Positions 1 through 13,340 are shown, counted from the first letter of the stretch. The stretch is 64,000 nt of DNA from Octopus sinensis (GCF_006345805.1 NC_042998.1:102672001-102736000); one strand, 5' to 3'. The notes: generated by a model from the letters alone, not told the origin. A program made the numbers and translations.

Positions 1-254
1 CAAGCAATAAAAAACAGTGTATTACTTCTATGTAAATAAGATGTTTATATCTCTCCCCATCAGAATCGAATGCATACACTCAAACACACACTGACACCAC
101 ATACACCTACACACACACACACACACACAAACAAACATTGAAGCGTTATATTTAATAAATAGAGGAAGATATTACGTGCCTCAAGAAATATATTCATAAA
201 TACTGATAAAATGTCACACGTATAAACACTTCTATCATTTCGCTCCGTATATAA

Positions 255-565
255 AATAGCTTAGTGGTTATGGTAATTTGCTCAAGATCGTAACGTCCTT
301 AGTTCGATTCCCGCCGGCTCATTGTGGCCTTGCGCAAGACATTTTATTCTACGTAGCTCCAGTAAAATCACCTGGCAAAAATGAGTTGTAATTGTAATTC
401 AAAGGACCGGCTTTTTCATATTTTGTAACTCTAAATCTCCATGAAAACTGCATTAAGGCTACCTGTGTCTATGGCGTGCTCAGCCTAGTGTAGGTTAATT
501 TCACGAGCAATGTTTTCCGTTGATCGGAAGAACAGCCTCAACACTCGTCGTCGAACATACGGAGA
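255..565 (+). mobile_element. Degenerate tRNA-derived SINE
   Basis: A-box-like gcttagtggtta and B-box-like agttcgattcc, followed by the SINE core cattgtggccttgcgcaagacatttt; boundaries approximate. Confidence 0.5.
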
Positions 566-934
566 CCCAGTTATATATATATATATATATATACACACAC
601 ATGTGAGTAGACAAATGAAAGGTGGGCACTAAGCATATTTATTGGGAGTTACATGATTGGATAAAAATAATTTGGTTCAAACTCCTTTGTATTCTGGGTT
701 TCAAGCGTGTCCCTAATCTTCGGCTATTGTCTAAATGAAAGTTCGTTTGAGGAGCGTCAATGTTTACTACTGGACGTTTATCGAGAACGGACACGCAGTG
801 TTGCATTTCGATGTTAGTATTTTAGCGAGAACAATTACTTGGAAAATGCTGCACGGTGAGCAGGAAATCGGTCGCGGGCTGGGAGAGAAGTAGAAAGGGG
901 TGGTAGATGTGGGAATATCTATCTATGTATATAT

Positions 935-984
<50 letters not shown>

Positions 985-987
<3 letters not shown>

Positions 988-1320
988 GGAACAAAATGCG
1001 AGAGGGCATTAAACGCTCAGACAGAAAAACGACACAAAGGCAGACTACAGAAACAACAATTAGAATGACAAGCCAAAAACGGCGGGTCATTCTGAGCTTT
1101 CTTTCATCAGTTAAGTACCAGAAGACATGACCATTTCGGACAGTTACACTTGAGATCGTTTCTATCTAGTTGTACTTAAAAAAGTCTAAGCTAAGAACAT
1201 TGGGCCCCTTTGTATGAAAGCTAGCAAATGTGTATGGCAACAAAGACGAAAGACAAACAAACAAAAAACGGTGAATATGGTACACAATTACGAATACAAC
1301 ACGAAATAACAACAGGCGTC
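985..1320. repeat. Dispersed repeat, copy 1 (microsatellite-abutting, probably a PLE terminal fragment)
   Basis: Clearly homologous to 1962-2295 (atggaacaaaa...cagaaa.acgacacaaaggc...gggtcattct...aagtaccagaag); both copies start right after a microsatellite. Confidence 0.6.
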
Positions 1321-1546
1321 TTTCGACTGACGGCGATTTAAATTGAGTTGGTGTGTATGAAGTAAAAGCTTAAAGGCAGGAACATGGGTGATAGACACAA
1401 TACGTAATAATTCTTTTGGCTAATTTTTAAAACAGATCGGCATTATGTCTAATTGCTGCTGATAAAAGACTGTGCTTGCGCTGTAGATTTGAAAAATTTT
1501 AACATGTGAGCACGAGGCATGTTGTATATTGCCTCGGACTTAGATA

Positions 1547-1606
1547 TTATTCCTGCTGATGAGAGCTTACTCTAGCAAATTACCTGAAATCATGGTCTAG
1601 GAAATA
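1547..1606 (+). ncRNA. Type I hammerhead ribozyme-like motif (stem II decayed)
   Basis: ttcctg-CTGATGA(1556-1562)...GAAA(1586-1589)-t-catg-GTC-taggaa; 6-bp stem I and palindromic CATG loop III. Confidence 0.45.
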
Positions 1607-1731
1607 GATGGTAAATGTTTTATTTCCCAACCTCTTTCGAAATTACACCTAATTTTGGTTTGGATTTTAACTACTTCTTCTAGTGGTTTAGATCTCCGAT
1701 TATGGCCATCTCTTATGTGTTTAAATGTAAA

Positions 1732-1734
<3 letters not shown>

Positions 1735-1790
<56 letters not shown>

Positions 1791-1867
1791 TACATACATA
1801 CATACATATAGATAGATAGATAATAGACAAACAGATAGATAGATAGATAGATAGATAATAGACAAAC

Positions 1868-1961
<94 letters not shown>
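1735..1961. repeat. Compound microsatellite (TA)n(GA)n(TACA)n(TAGA)n
   Basis: Read directly from the sequence. Confidence 0.95.
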
Positions 1962-1963
<2 letters not shown>

Positions 1964-2295
1964 TGGAACAAAAACGCAAAAGAGGACGTTAAAACGTTCG
2001 GACAGAAAGACGACACAAAGGCGGACAAGAGAAACAACAATTAGAAGGACAGGCAAAAAAAGACGGGTCATTCTTGGCTTTCTTTTATCAGTCAAGTACC
2101 AGAAGTCACGACCATATCGGACAGTTGCACTTGAAATGATTCCATTTGGTTGTCCCGAGCAAGTCTGAGCATTAGAACCCTTTGTTAGAAAAGAAACGAA
2201 TATGTACAGCAACGAAGCAAGAAAAAAAAAAACAGACATACAAAACGGAAAACACGGTACACAATTACGTATACAACAACAAGAAATAACAATGT
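1962..2295. repeat. Dispersed repeat, copy 2
   Basis: Homologous to 985-1320. Confidence 0.6.
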
Positions 2296-2699
2296 CCATA
2301 TATCTGAGTGTATGCATCACTACATATACGAGTGTGCATGTGTGCATAGATGTACCTTCATATAACTACGCGCGCACACACAGCCACACACACACACACA
2401 CACACGCGAACGCTCACTCGTACACGCATGCATGCGTGAACATGTATACACACACACGTCCACACATACACACGCACATACATATACACATATATACACA
2501 CGCGTCCTCCCTTTTATCTCCTTGTATATAAGTATACGCGCACATGCGCACGCGTGTCTGCACACAAGTTTGAACGTGTACATACATGAACACACCCGAA
2601 TAATCACCTCTATGCGCGCGCTCTCGCATACATGTACACCAATGCATACACATCCCTACGTAAGCGTACGGTAAATAGATGCATTCGTGCACTCACGCA

Positions 2700-3070
2700 T
2701 ATATACAAGGGGTGAGAATATGTGGGTAGACAGACATGAAGAAGTGTTGGGATTGGTGATTTACGATGCAATTCATGGGGGTTAGTTGGTGACTTTGGCG
2801 CAAGGGGTGCTGAGGGTGGCTAGTACTAAGGAGATAGATCCAGGTTGTTGGCTAGCTTGAAATTTGCCAGAAAGGTGTTCCTCAGGTGGCAGCGATACGA
2901 TACCTGATATTACTTGTTGATTGGTACAGCGGGTTGGTGGATGATGTGCAGTCTTTCGCGTAGGCACAGTTGGCAATTAGGGGCACTGGGTAAATATGGT
3001 GTTCACTTGATGCTGGATGTTTTCGTCTCGGAGGTCACAAAGTCTCCAGATGAATTGCAAGAGGGAAGTG
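2700..3070 (-). mobile_element. Naiad-type Penelope-like element, C-terminal/3' fragment
   Basis: Minus-strand peptide TPYLPSAPNCQLCLRERLHII...NK...RCH..TFLANFK resembles the PLE GIY-YIG C-terminus (C.LCL.EK..I...LNK..E....CRH..KFLL). Confidence 0.55.
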
Positions 3071-3545
3071 GAGCGAGTATACGTTTGCGCGCGTGCGCAC
3101 GTGCATGTGCGTGTGCGTTTGTGCGTCTATGAGTGTATGTGCGTGTGTGTCTGTACAGGCACGCTGATATATGAATGTACATACACACACACATGCACAC
3201 ACGTATAAGTATGGATATATACAAGCAGATATATGGGCATATACATGTACACATATACACATATACTTCTAACTCACCCCTTCTTCTCCCGACCATGAAC
3301 TGCGACACTTTTCTCGACCAATTGTAGGCTTATGTCCAGTAGTAGCCATTGACTCCCTTCAATCACACTCTAATTCAGATTCAATGTCCGGAAACTAGCC
3401 ACACGCTTGAAGCTCAGAGTACCAAGGAATTTGAACTGAATATTCCATCCATATATATATATATATCTAAATGCACGCACGCACACATACGCTTACGCGC
3501 ACACACACACACACACACACATCCACATACACACATATATGCATA

Positions 3546-4522
3546 CAGGGACTGGACAACATAATAGAAGTACCTAGTATCATAGCATCATAATTTTGAA
3601 ATATCTATTAAACCGCCAAAAGCTTGTTTATATTTATGTTTTTTGATTAATTATTAGTGTTCCTTAAAATGTTTTGCTAAAATTGCTGTTTCTTTTTAAA
3701 TATCAGAAAAAAGTCATTAAAATTTATTAAAATGACACATCAATCGGACTTTCAAAGAAGTCAATCAGCCGAAATATTTGGTGTATTAAGAAGTATTGTC
3801 TCGAAAATAACGACAGCCTTTGAGAAAGAGGGAAAAACCTCTTGTTAGAAAAGATCACGAAAGTACAGCTCCCAAAATTACTGCGAAGCTTGATGATCTC
3901 CTCGAAAATGGAGTTTCGGCAAAAAATATTCGCCAGGAGTTGCACAATGCCGGATGTCATAGGAGGGCTGCAATCAGAAAACCACTACTTTCAAAAAGAA
4001 ACGTTGCGAAGCGTTTTTAGTGGAGTAAAAAACCTACAAAATTGGTCCCTAGAGCAGCGGAAGAATGTTATTTTCTCGGGTCATCCTTTACTATATTTCC
4101 GACCACCGGCTGAATATACGTGTGGAGACAGCCAATAGAAGCATTTGACCCAGACGGCCTTCTTCCGACTGTTAGACATGGATGAAAATCTGAGATGATC
4201 TGCGGCGCTATATCTTGGAAATCCGCCGGTCGAATGGTTTCCCTTCATTGCAGAATTAATAGTCAAGACTATTTAAGCATTCTACCTGACCAAATTCATC
4301 CTATGGTTGCGGAACTATTTCCGGTGGGAAACGCAATCGTTCAGGATGTTAATGCACCAATTCACACAGCAAAAATTGTTACTGAATGGCACAAGGAAAA
4401 TTCTATTGAAGTTGAACATCTTATCTGGCCACCACAGTACCCAGATCTTAATATCATTGAACATTTATGGTGTATTTTAGAAAAACAATTAAAGAGTCGA
4501 TATCGTCCACCATCAACCCCTG
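3546..4522 (+). mobile_element. Tc1-family transposon remnant with DD36E-type spacing; 3' end deleted
   Basis: TA|CAGGGACTGGACAAC left end; transposase pieces AAIRKPLL, MICGAISW, QD(V)NAPIH, WPPQYPDLNIIEHLW; ends ...CCCCTG|TA. Confidence 0.85.
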
Positions 4523-4530
4523 TATATATA

Positions 4531-4621
<91 letters not shown>
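4523..4621. repeat. (TA)n microsatellite
   Basis: Read directly from the sequence. Confidence 0.95.
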
Positions 4622-4625
<4 letters not shown>

Positions 4626-6405
4626 TGGGTGTGTGTGTGTATGCATGTATAAATGGGGTGTGCTTGTGTGTTTGTGTTCTGTGCGTGTGTTAGTGTGTGT
4701 AAGTATATGTAAATTTTGAATATTTGAATATTTGAATATTTTGAAAACAATGTTATTTTATCCCACGCGGATAGAGACATAGGAAATAATTGAAAATGAA
4801 CTGAGACTCATTTATATTTTATTTTCTAAAACCTCTGAACATTTAACCGGTTTCACAAATTTCTCTGATTTTCAAAAGTTGAGTGAGAGACATGGAGCTA
4901 TGCAAAAATGCCTTGCATCTTTTTGAATATATAAAAAAATTCATATATAAACGAGTGGGTAAGTGTGTTTGTAGATAACGTGTGGACAGAGAGTGTGAAT
5001 GAGAGAGAGAGAGAGAGAAATAGAGAGAGAGAGAGAGAAATAGAGAGAGAGAGAGCGACATAGGAACAAAGACAGAGATGTGTAATGGTAATGAGTAAGT
5101 ATTTGATAAATTTCTTTTAAAATGAAATGAATTTATGAATAATTAAAAGAATAGTGAAATTGGTTACTGAATGACAGTAGATAATTTCTATCCTTTGTTG
5201 CTTTTAGATGTATGAATTTTGGGAGTCTTTAAGGTCGGAGCGAAGACTCTGCCAAACGTAAAACGTATTACTAAAAAGCAGCTAAATAGTATGGTGTACC
5301 TATCCACATTTTGCAAAGACACGTCATGAACCATATTTGTGAACTGGTAGGCATACTATAGTCCGAAATATATCTTTGCTCATTTTATTATGTTAGCACG
5401 TTGATCACCAATAACACAATCTTCTATTTATTCATGATTTAATTTCATTATTTTTATTTTCTTATTCATTCACAGATTTAATCTATTTTCATCAAGATTT
5501 CATCTATTTGTTTTTATGTACGCACAGACAGAAACACACACACGATCACGAACATACATTCACACACAAACACACTGAGGTCCATACGTCCAGACATTGC
5601 AAACACAGACTTACAAGAACATGTGCCCATCTTAGAATATACTATCAATTTTATTTTAATTTTTCGACATTCCTTTGGGTGATTTAAAATCATTTCTTGT
5701 ATACGATTAGCATTAATTTACGTTTCTATTTTCAGCATAGAATATATATTTATATATACATGCATATATGAGTATGCTTGTGTGTGTGTGTGTGTGATTG
5801 TGTGTGTATGTGTGTGTGCGTTCGTATGTGTGTGTGTCCGTGTCCGGACATTACAGACCTTAAATATAAAAGTTCAGTAGTTCTCGGTTCGGTTTTTCAT
5901 CGTACGTCATAAGATTCCAGTTGTCCACTAAAATACAACTTCACCAAAGAATGTTGAGCATAATTATCTAAATGACCAGCTAGTATTTTAGTTGGTCATT
6001 AGGATTCATTATCATATGTTTTCACCATTTATTTGGAGATATAAAATTTAGAAGGTGTTTAAAAGCAAGCAAGTAATAATTAATTTTTGTTATGCATAAA
6101 TTTAAGTTTTTATTACGGTAATGTTTTATTTTGAATATTTAGCTATGTGGTTATGTGAATAAACAGTAACTGCAATCTGTACTTTATATGTGATAAAGCC
6201 GGCGGTAAGATTACCGAACCATTTCAGAAATGTTGTACTATATTTTTTTGTATATAGATACAGCAAGAAAATGTAATGAGCTATTTTATTAATTACACTT
6301 AAAATACATTATTTATAAACAACTGTTGAATGCATTGGACTGCTGAAAATTTTATTAAATTAAGACGTATAAAATGTCTTTCAAAGAAAAGTCTTTGAAA
6401 TATTT

Positions 6406-6800
6406 ATGTTCCCATTTATTTTTATTAAGAAAATTATCATCTCATTCTCTTCGTGGTATCTCCAAACTCCCAAACGTATGCGTTCATTCTTGGCTGTCCA
6501 GGAAGACTTGGGGAATTTTCATGAAGTCCTCTGCTGTTTTAGAATCCCGGCATCAATAAGAAACTATCTACCTGCTCGTGCTCAATTATATCTTGTAGAG
6601 TCATCTGGAACTTTCAATTATCTGCAACTCTTACATAAACCCGTTGATATTCGGGCAAAGAATTTTCTAATGTCACGGGTATTTGTATATATCTGAATTC
6701 CAAAATACGTGATTGTAGATTCGATCCTACTGCGTGACTTCTTAGTAAGATATTGACTATTACCTTGGATGGAAACATAATAGTGCTGTAAATATGAGTA
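6406..6800 (+). pseudogene. Possible decayed cadherin-repeat fragment
   Basis: 96-codon open frame containing LYLVESSGTFNYLQLLHKPVDIRAKNFLMSRV, resembling the EC2-type L.L.L.K.LDRE.K..Y.L.V pattern; by-eye match only. Confidence 0.25.
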
Positions 6801-6985
6801 GATGAATACATTATTGAAACTCGCTAATGTTAATCCTAAAATGACATCCTTATTTCATCCTTTGCTTTTGATTCTATCGAACGTTTTTACTTTCAGACGA
6901 CAAAAATACACCTCGCATACGCAAGCACTACACAGTATCATGTTCAACTGCCATCCCATTTATCAATGGGTTAGTTAGATATTTA

Positions 6986-7162
6986 TATTTTTTTTATTAC
7001 CCACAAGGGGCTAAACATAGAGGGGACAAACAAGGACAGACAAACGGATTAAGTCGATTACATCGACCCACTGCGTAACTGGTACTTATTTAATCGACCC
7101 CGAAAGGATGAAAGGTAAAGTCGACCTCGGCGGAATTTGAACGTTTCTGCCAGCTCGCCACC
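6986..7162 (-). mobile_element. Octopus-type tRNA-derived SINE with internal deletion and 16-bp target-site duplication
   Basis: Core tcgaccccgaaaggatgaaaggtaaagtcgacctcggcggaatttga; TSD gttagttagatattta at 6970-6985 and 7163-7178. Confidence 0.85.
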
Positions 7163-7429
7163 GTTAGTTAGATATTTAGTTAATTGGTTCATTCGCTCGT
7201 TACTTAATTAGATAGTAGTTAGATTACTGTACAAATAAGAAAATCTCTCATGCGTTTTCATTAATAGTTATTAGTTGTATTGGTTTCAATCTCAAAATGT
7301 ATCTTCACATTTTCTCTCTCTCTCTCTTTCTTTCTTTCACCCTTTCTTCTATCTGAATTTTCTCTCTCATCCACCCTCTCTTTTTTTCTCTATCTCTCCC
7401 TCTGTCTCTCATTGGGGATTGTATAAAGA

Positions 7430-7650
7430 AAATGTTAGTTTCAAATTTTGGCAACAAAGCCAGCAATTTAAGGGAATGGGTAAGTCAATTAGATCGACTC
7501 CAGTGTTCAACTAAGACATATTTAATCAACCCAGAAGGGATGAAAGGCAAAGTCGGCATCATCGGAATTTGAACTCAGAACGTTAAAACGGACGAAATGC
7601 CGCTACGCATTATGCTCGCCGTGCTAAGAATTCTGCTAGAACGCCGCTTT
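7430..7650 (-). mobile_element. SINE, same family (short-tail variant)
   Basis: gatgaaaggcaaagtcggc...ggaatttgaactcagaacg core. Confidence 0.75.
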
Positions 7651-8062
7651 TGCATGGACATAAAATATTGCCATCGAACACGCAGTTCTGTGCTAAATTA
7701 ACTCAGATTTAGTTTAGTTAACTCAGAGTTTTAGCTAACTCCAAGTTTTAGTTAACAGTGTTCCAGTGGGAAAATTGTCGCTTAACTACTTTGTCTATTT
7801 ACATAGCAAATTTGAATGTATAACTATGAGTCATCTGCATCCTAATTCCTATAATACATTTCGCTTACATTAGGTAGATCTGTATTCAGTAATCATTCAG
7901 TGTCAGATATTAGCAGGTGAAATTTCAGCATCGAAATAAGTATATGCTTATTCAGTATATACATACATATATTTGCAAAGCTAAATATTCAAAAACCCCT
8001 ATATATGTGTGTGTATGTGTATGTGTAAGTATGTGTATGTGTGTATGCATATATATATATTT

Positions 8063-8294
8063 TTTACTCTTTTACTTGTTTCAGTCATTTGACTGCGGCC
8101 ATGCTGGAGCACTGCCTTTAATCGAGCAACTCGACCCCGGGACTTATTCTTTTGTAAGCCCAGTACTTATTCTATCGGTCTCTTTTACCGAACTGCTAAG
8201 TAACGGGGACATAAACACACCAGCATCGGCTGTCAAGCAATGCTAGGGGGACAAACACAGACACACAAACACACACACGCATATATATAAATAT

Positions 8295-8366
<72 letters not shown>

Positions 8367-8487
8367 GATGGTCGTCTTTCAGTTTCCGTCTACCAAATCC
8401 ACTCACAAGGTTTTGGTCGGCCCGAGGCTATAGTAGAAGACACTTGCCCAAGGTGCCACGCAGTGGGACTGAACCTGGAACCATGTG
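8063..8487 (-). mobile_element. Second Octopus-type SINE family with internal (TA)/(CA) tract
   Basis: tcagtcatttgactgcggccatgctggagcac...gaagacacttgcccaaggtgccacgcagtgggactgaacc; homologous to 14680-15075 in the opposite orientation. Confidence 0.85.
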
Positions 8488-8529
8488 AACTCTACAAAAC
8501 TACTTTATTTCTAAGCTTGAACAATTAAA

Positions 8530-8800
8530 GCTGATAGAGAATAAAGTTTTTCAACACGATGGTCCATCTTGTCTCTTTGTTCTGCAAGTAAGAAAATTTC
8601 TAAATGAGAACTTCCTTAACAGATGGATTGAAAGTGGGTGAATATTATTTTACCCGCCACGTTCACCCGATTTGACTCCATTAGATTTCCTTTTATGGGG
8701 ACATATGGAAAGCAGTTTTTATTCAACTGAATCGTGAACTTTAGAAGACTTGAAATGAAAGATATCTGATCACCTGGAAAATGTTTTCTAAGAAATGTAG
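8530..8800 (+). mobile_element. Tc1/mariner-superfamily (maT/rosa-like) transposase C-terminal remnant
   Basis: FQHDG...QVRKFLNENFLNRWI...YPPRSPDLTPLDFLLWGHM matches the FQQDGA...WPPRSPDLTPLDFFLWG signature. Confidence 0.75.
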
Positions 8801-9254
8801 AATTGCTTTTCTTTTAGTATTAATAACGGTGAACATGTTGAAAATTAACAGGAGGAATAAAAGAAACAAAAGTCATTCTTTTTTCTCATCCTTTTTATAG
8901 ATCAATTCTATCATGTATACTTGCGAAGTATTTTAAATTGTATTGTGACTTATATACATATCACGACGAGAAAGAAAGAACGGAAGGGAGAGAGAGAAAA
9001 TGATGCAAATAAGCAAATAAAATTGCTTGAGTTTGATATACAAAATATATATACATATACACATGGAAATAGAGTAATTTTCAGGCGATGAATTTCCACT
9101 CATCGATTGTTTTTTTTTTTTTTTTAGAACTTAAAGAATTCAGAGATCCCATGAATCCTAAGTAAAGCTGGTATCAATTTTGAGCAAGATGTGTGGAAAT
9201 TGGCAAAAGTTATGCTTGACAATGGAGTGAATCGGTTTATCAATTTTTTATCCT

Positions 9255-9625
9255 GATTGAACGGAAATCCCCAAATGCCACCGCTAGTGTTTGGCCTTGG
9301 GATTTGTTGATGGACATAGCGAAGCATGGTCTCACCGGGAACAGCGATCTGCGGAAGTTAAACGGCATGTCTGTCCCCGAGGGATAAAGCTGCATCCTTG
9401 AAATGAAAACATTTTCACCCCTCCCGAACCCTGTAACAATGGTGGCCTCAATCAAGTGGGGCGTCAGGGAACTGATTACTAAGCGGGTCCCTTTGAACTG
9501 TTTAGGCGGAAGTAAGTTTCTGATTAGCATAATTGGGCATCCAACCATTAGCCTAAGAATGTGAGGTGAAAGCCCTGCTGGCTCCAATGAGTTGAGAAAC
9601 ACGATAGGGCAATTGACAATGTGTT
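9255..9625 (-). mobile_element. Helitron Rep/Hel (Pif1-like helicase) C-terminal fragment
   Basis: FLNSLEPAGLSPHILRLMVGCPIMLIRNL...GTRL...FPVRPCFAMSINKSQGQTL. Confidence 0.85.
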
Positions 9626-10588
9626 ACTACAAACCCTTTTTGTGGTCCGAAAAACGGGGTGTGGTGGAAACATCGGAAATTCCAACCCCATACCCATTTA
9701 TCTTTTCAACATCTATTTTTCAATGTACGTGGAAAAATACGATTAAGAATATGGAAAACATTTTCTTTTAAATCTAAAATTTACCATGAAAAACTCCAGG
9801 CAAATTTTTGGATAACACTCGCACGGTTTTCCATAAGAATAAAAGATCCTATATTTTGCGTGGAATCAACTACCCTGGGCTCCTAATATGCTACAAAGCC
9901 CTTTTTGTGGTCCAAGAATCGGAGTGGAGTGTGGTGGAGCCTCGTAAATTTTATCCATGTATATTGTAATTCACTGACAAATTGTTACCTACATCATTGT
10001 TTCTATGTTGTTAAATGAATGGATTCTCAACAAAACACGTGTTTCCTCGGCGTAATATTAAAACAAAACTCTTTAGCGCCCAAAGTAATGTGTATGTGTG
10101 AGAGAGGGGGAGAAAGATGAACGATTTAAAATAAATAAATGATTTAAAATAAATATAGTTTTATCGTTGTGTGAGAAAGTATATATAATCTGATTATAAA
10201 ATATATTGCCTTTCAAAAACATCCTAAATTTGAATACTATATCTCGTGTTTAAAAAAAATTAAATTTTTATTTTTGGTGAACGCTGTCACTTTCCGTCTC
10301 CCTCACACACACACACATACATCAACACACAACTTCTCTCTCCCTCACACACACACACACACACACACACATATTTTCACTTCGCTATGGCAAGAAGGGA
10401 AATAAGTCATGTTAACAAGCTCCAAAATTGGTAAAAGTTAAGGTTGAAAATCGATTTTTACCGCTACCCGCGAGAGCCTCGGGAAAAATAATTAGACGAA
10501 AATAGAGCTAAGGGGGTGACGAATGTCCTCCCAAAATTGGAACGATATGCATGCTAATTTGTGGACGTGCATAAATTACATTCACGTA

Positions 10589-10620
<32 letters not shown>
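9626..10620. mobile_element. Probable Helitron-associated non-coding sequence with an internally repeated motif
   Basis: ctacaaa.ccctttttgtggtcc...gtgtggtgga occurs at about 9627 and about 9891; adjoins the helicase fragment; assignment is inference. Confidence 0.35.
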
Positions 10621-10638
<18 letters not shown>

Positions 10639-10845
10639 AGGAATGGCCCAAAAATAGGTTTACACTTATCACGGAGGCACTTTAAGTTTCTTTTAAAACA
10701 TTTTATTACTTTTAGATTTCTGTCTTACAATTAACTTAATTAGCATACAATAATTGTTTTATATGTTTTTATAATTAGCATCTAAACGATTATATATGAA
10801 TGCGATATAGTTGAATAATTTAAAACTTACTTTTAGGCCACCCTG
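10639..10845. mobile_element. Tc1/mariner-type MITE
   Basis: Imperfect TIRs ta|aggaatggcccaaaaatagg ... cttacttttaggccaccctg|ta. Confidence 0.5.
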
Positions 10846-10869
10846 TATACATACGCACACATAGAGTCT

Positions 10870-11860
10870 TTCCCCCTCAACGAAGGCTTTCACTACTCAA
10901 ACACTTCGTAGGCCAAGGTCCCCTGCACGCTCAACAAGGACACAATGGAAACAAGAATGAGCCTAATTTGCCAATTATGCAATCATTTTTGTAGGATACG
11001 TCGTAGAGAAAACTTTTGCCCAATGTTTTATGGACGTCATATTGACGACTGCTTCGGCACTACCTGCCTCATCAGTCGATAGCTCAGTACTTACATCTCT
11101 TTCGTTAACTCCTTTCAGCCTCATTTAGAATTTGCTTCCACTGTATCCGATCCTTCCATTAATTTTCGTGATATCTATATCACAAGCCTACTGGCTCTTA
11201 TTTTATCTCCAATACTCTTTTCACTCTAAACATTAAATCTACCTTACCACTCACTCAATAATCTCGACTTCGCCGGCCAGTTCTGCAGCATTAAATTTCA
11301 TTTAGAATCTCAAAGGGAAAAATGCAATTCGATGGCATACTCATATTTGGGCCCAAACCCTCGACTGTGCGCCGCTCTCATACCTTCTTCACACACACAC
11401 CTTCACAGCGAATTCTGTTCTCTCAGTGTCCAACCGTCTGTCCTTCAATTAAAATATATACTAATCCACAACTTTGGAATTCTACATTCAGACTGCTCAA
11501 CTATTTCAATATTTCCCATACTAACTCTACTCGACTTCAAAAACATAGGGTCCTCGGACGCCAAGTAAGAATCATCACAGTACCCAGCCGAACATAACCT
11601 GGTACATTTAAATGCCGTCCTCGATATCGTTAACCTGCTCCTACAAGCATCACAGGGTCGAAGATACATCATTGTACCTAGAAATTCGGTTGCGCATCGT
11701 CTGACCTCATACTGCATTTTATGTAAACGTTTCAACGCTGTTTATATAGAGGAAGCGAGCCGATCGCTTTCAGGACCACATTAGAAACTTATTACAAGAA
11801 TGAACAGCTGATACACCTCAACACAAGAGATTATCTCATCGTTCATTTAGTGTAAGGCAT
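10870..11860 (+). mobile_element. Decayed Penelope-like element (RT C-terminal part plus GIY-YIG)
   Basis: RHIDDCFGTT (YIDD-like motif) at about 11035; YCILCKRFNAVYIEE (YxIxCxxC..YIGE-like) at about 11710. Confidence 0.65.
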
Positions 11861-12399
11861 CACTGCACACCATCGATCGACAAATTGAAAGAACGGATTA
11901 ACTGGTATGATAGTTTTTTTTTCTCAGACTACAACTAGTTCAGCAAAAGTTAGCATATCCAAATCCTTTAAACATGAATATAAAAACTGATAATATAATT
12001 TTAAGCAATACTGTATGACGATTTACCTTCCATCTCGACAGGACAGAATGAACTAATCTCTTTCATTTTGTTTATCGATTAATCTGTCTGTGTGCTGCCA
12101 CTCACTCACTCACTCAGTGACTCGTCAGTCTGTCTGTCTGGCTCACTCTCTCTCCAACTATCTATCTATCTCTCTATCTATCTGTCTGTCTGTCCACCTG
12201 TCTGTCTGACTATATGTAGGTAAGCACACATCTGGATCAGTGTACAGTCATACATGTATGCATATATATTCAAATTCCTACACGAGTATTGGTAAATATT
12301 CCCCTCTCATATTCACACACTAATAGCAGTGGTCCTGCTGTTTTTCTAATCTGTGTAAAAGAACTCGGAAGTTTGGTACCAGCACCCCTCGTGTGTATA

Positions 12400-12452
<53 letters not shown>

Positions 12453-13149
12453 AAACAAATGTATATAACGTGGTGCGTTCAAAATTATCTGTTCAGATTT
12501 TTCCCGCGAGAAAACAAATGCTGCGTAGGCAAAATCCTTTGGATACTGCCCTTCCTGCTGAAGCATTAATATTGTCGCGGCAATAGGCCTCGTCAGTTTC
12601 CGAATGTTACACCTAGAGACGGGTATAGTGCGTGCTCGTCACCTTTCCGTTTTTACACATGCACTGGTGTTTGGAGTCACTTCTCACTCATATGATTTTG
12701 CCGATACCGCATTAGAATTTATGGGAGGAAATAACGTCACATATATTTTGAATCCAATTCATATCCCTCCCCCCACACACACATACACACACATGCAGAC
12801 ATACATGCATATGCAGTTGGTGTGCATATCTGTGTTTAAATTGTGTCGAAAAATACTTTGAAAATATTCCATGACACATGACCTTAATATATTTTGTTTT
12901 GATTTACTGAAAATAATTTTCTTTCATTTAATATATATTCTAATCTCTTAATCTACCAAATTCTCCAAGTTTCTAAGAAATTATTTTTACATTTTTTTTC
13001 GCTATAGTGCCATTTCACTAAACATATCTCATCTATCAATATCATATACTCAGCAAATTTCTGTAGCATATTTTTCTTATTGCTTGTGAATCGTAATTTT
13101 AGTAAAAACATATTTACAATAACTGTAATGGTAAGTATGCGATATTCAT

Positions 13150-13151
13150 GA

Positions 13152-13239
<88 letters not shown>

Positions 13240-13340
13240 GATATAGATATATACACTTATACAAACATATACATGTCTATATACATATATACATATACAT
13301 ACATATACATACATACATATATATATATATTATATATATA

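Noticed and set aside
1597-2040. Long ORFs such as 1597-2040, 17287-17781, 57583-57933 and 35627-35940
   Set aside because: They are translations of TA/TAGA/CA/AAT microsatellites (YIYI, LSIY, poly-I/N/L), not genes
5208-5346. Exon-like segment between ttttag and gtaggc
   Set aside because: Stop codons in all three frames; no recognisable protein
11041-11080. Minus-strand CTGATGA-ggc...gcc-GAAG...GTC hammerhead-like string
   Set aside because: GAAG instead of GAAA, no stem I, and it is the antisense of the PLE RT motif HIDDCFG, so probably coincidental
12565-12600. Minus-strand CTGACGA-ggc-ctatt-gcc motif
   Set aside because: Followed by GCGAC rather than GAAAC, with no stem I
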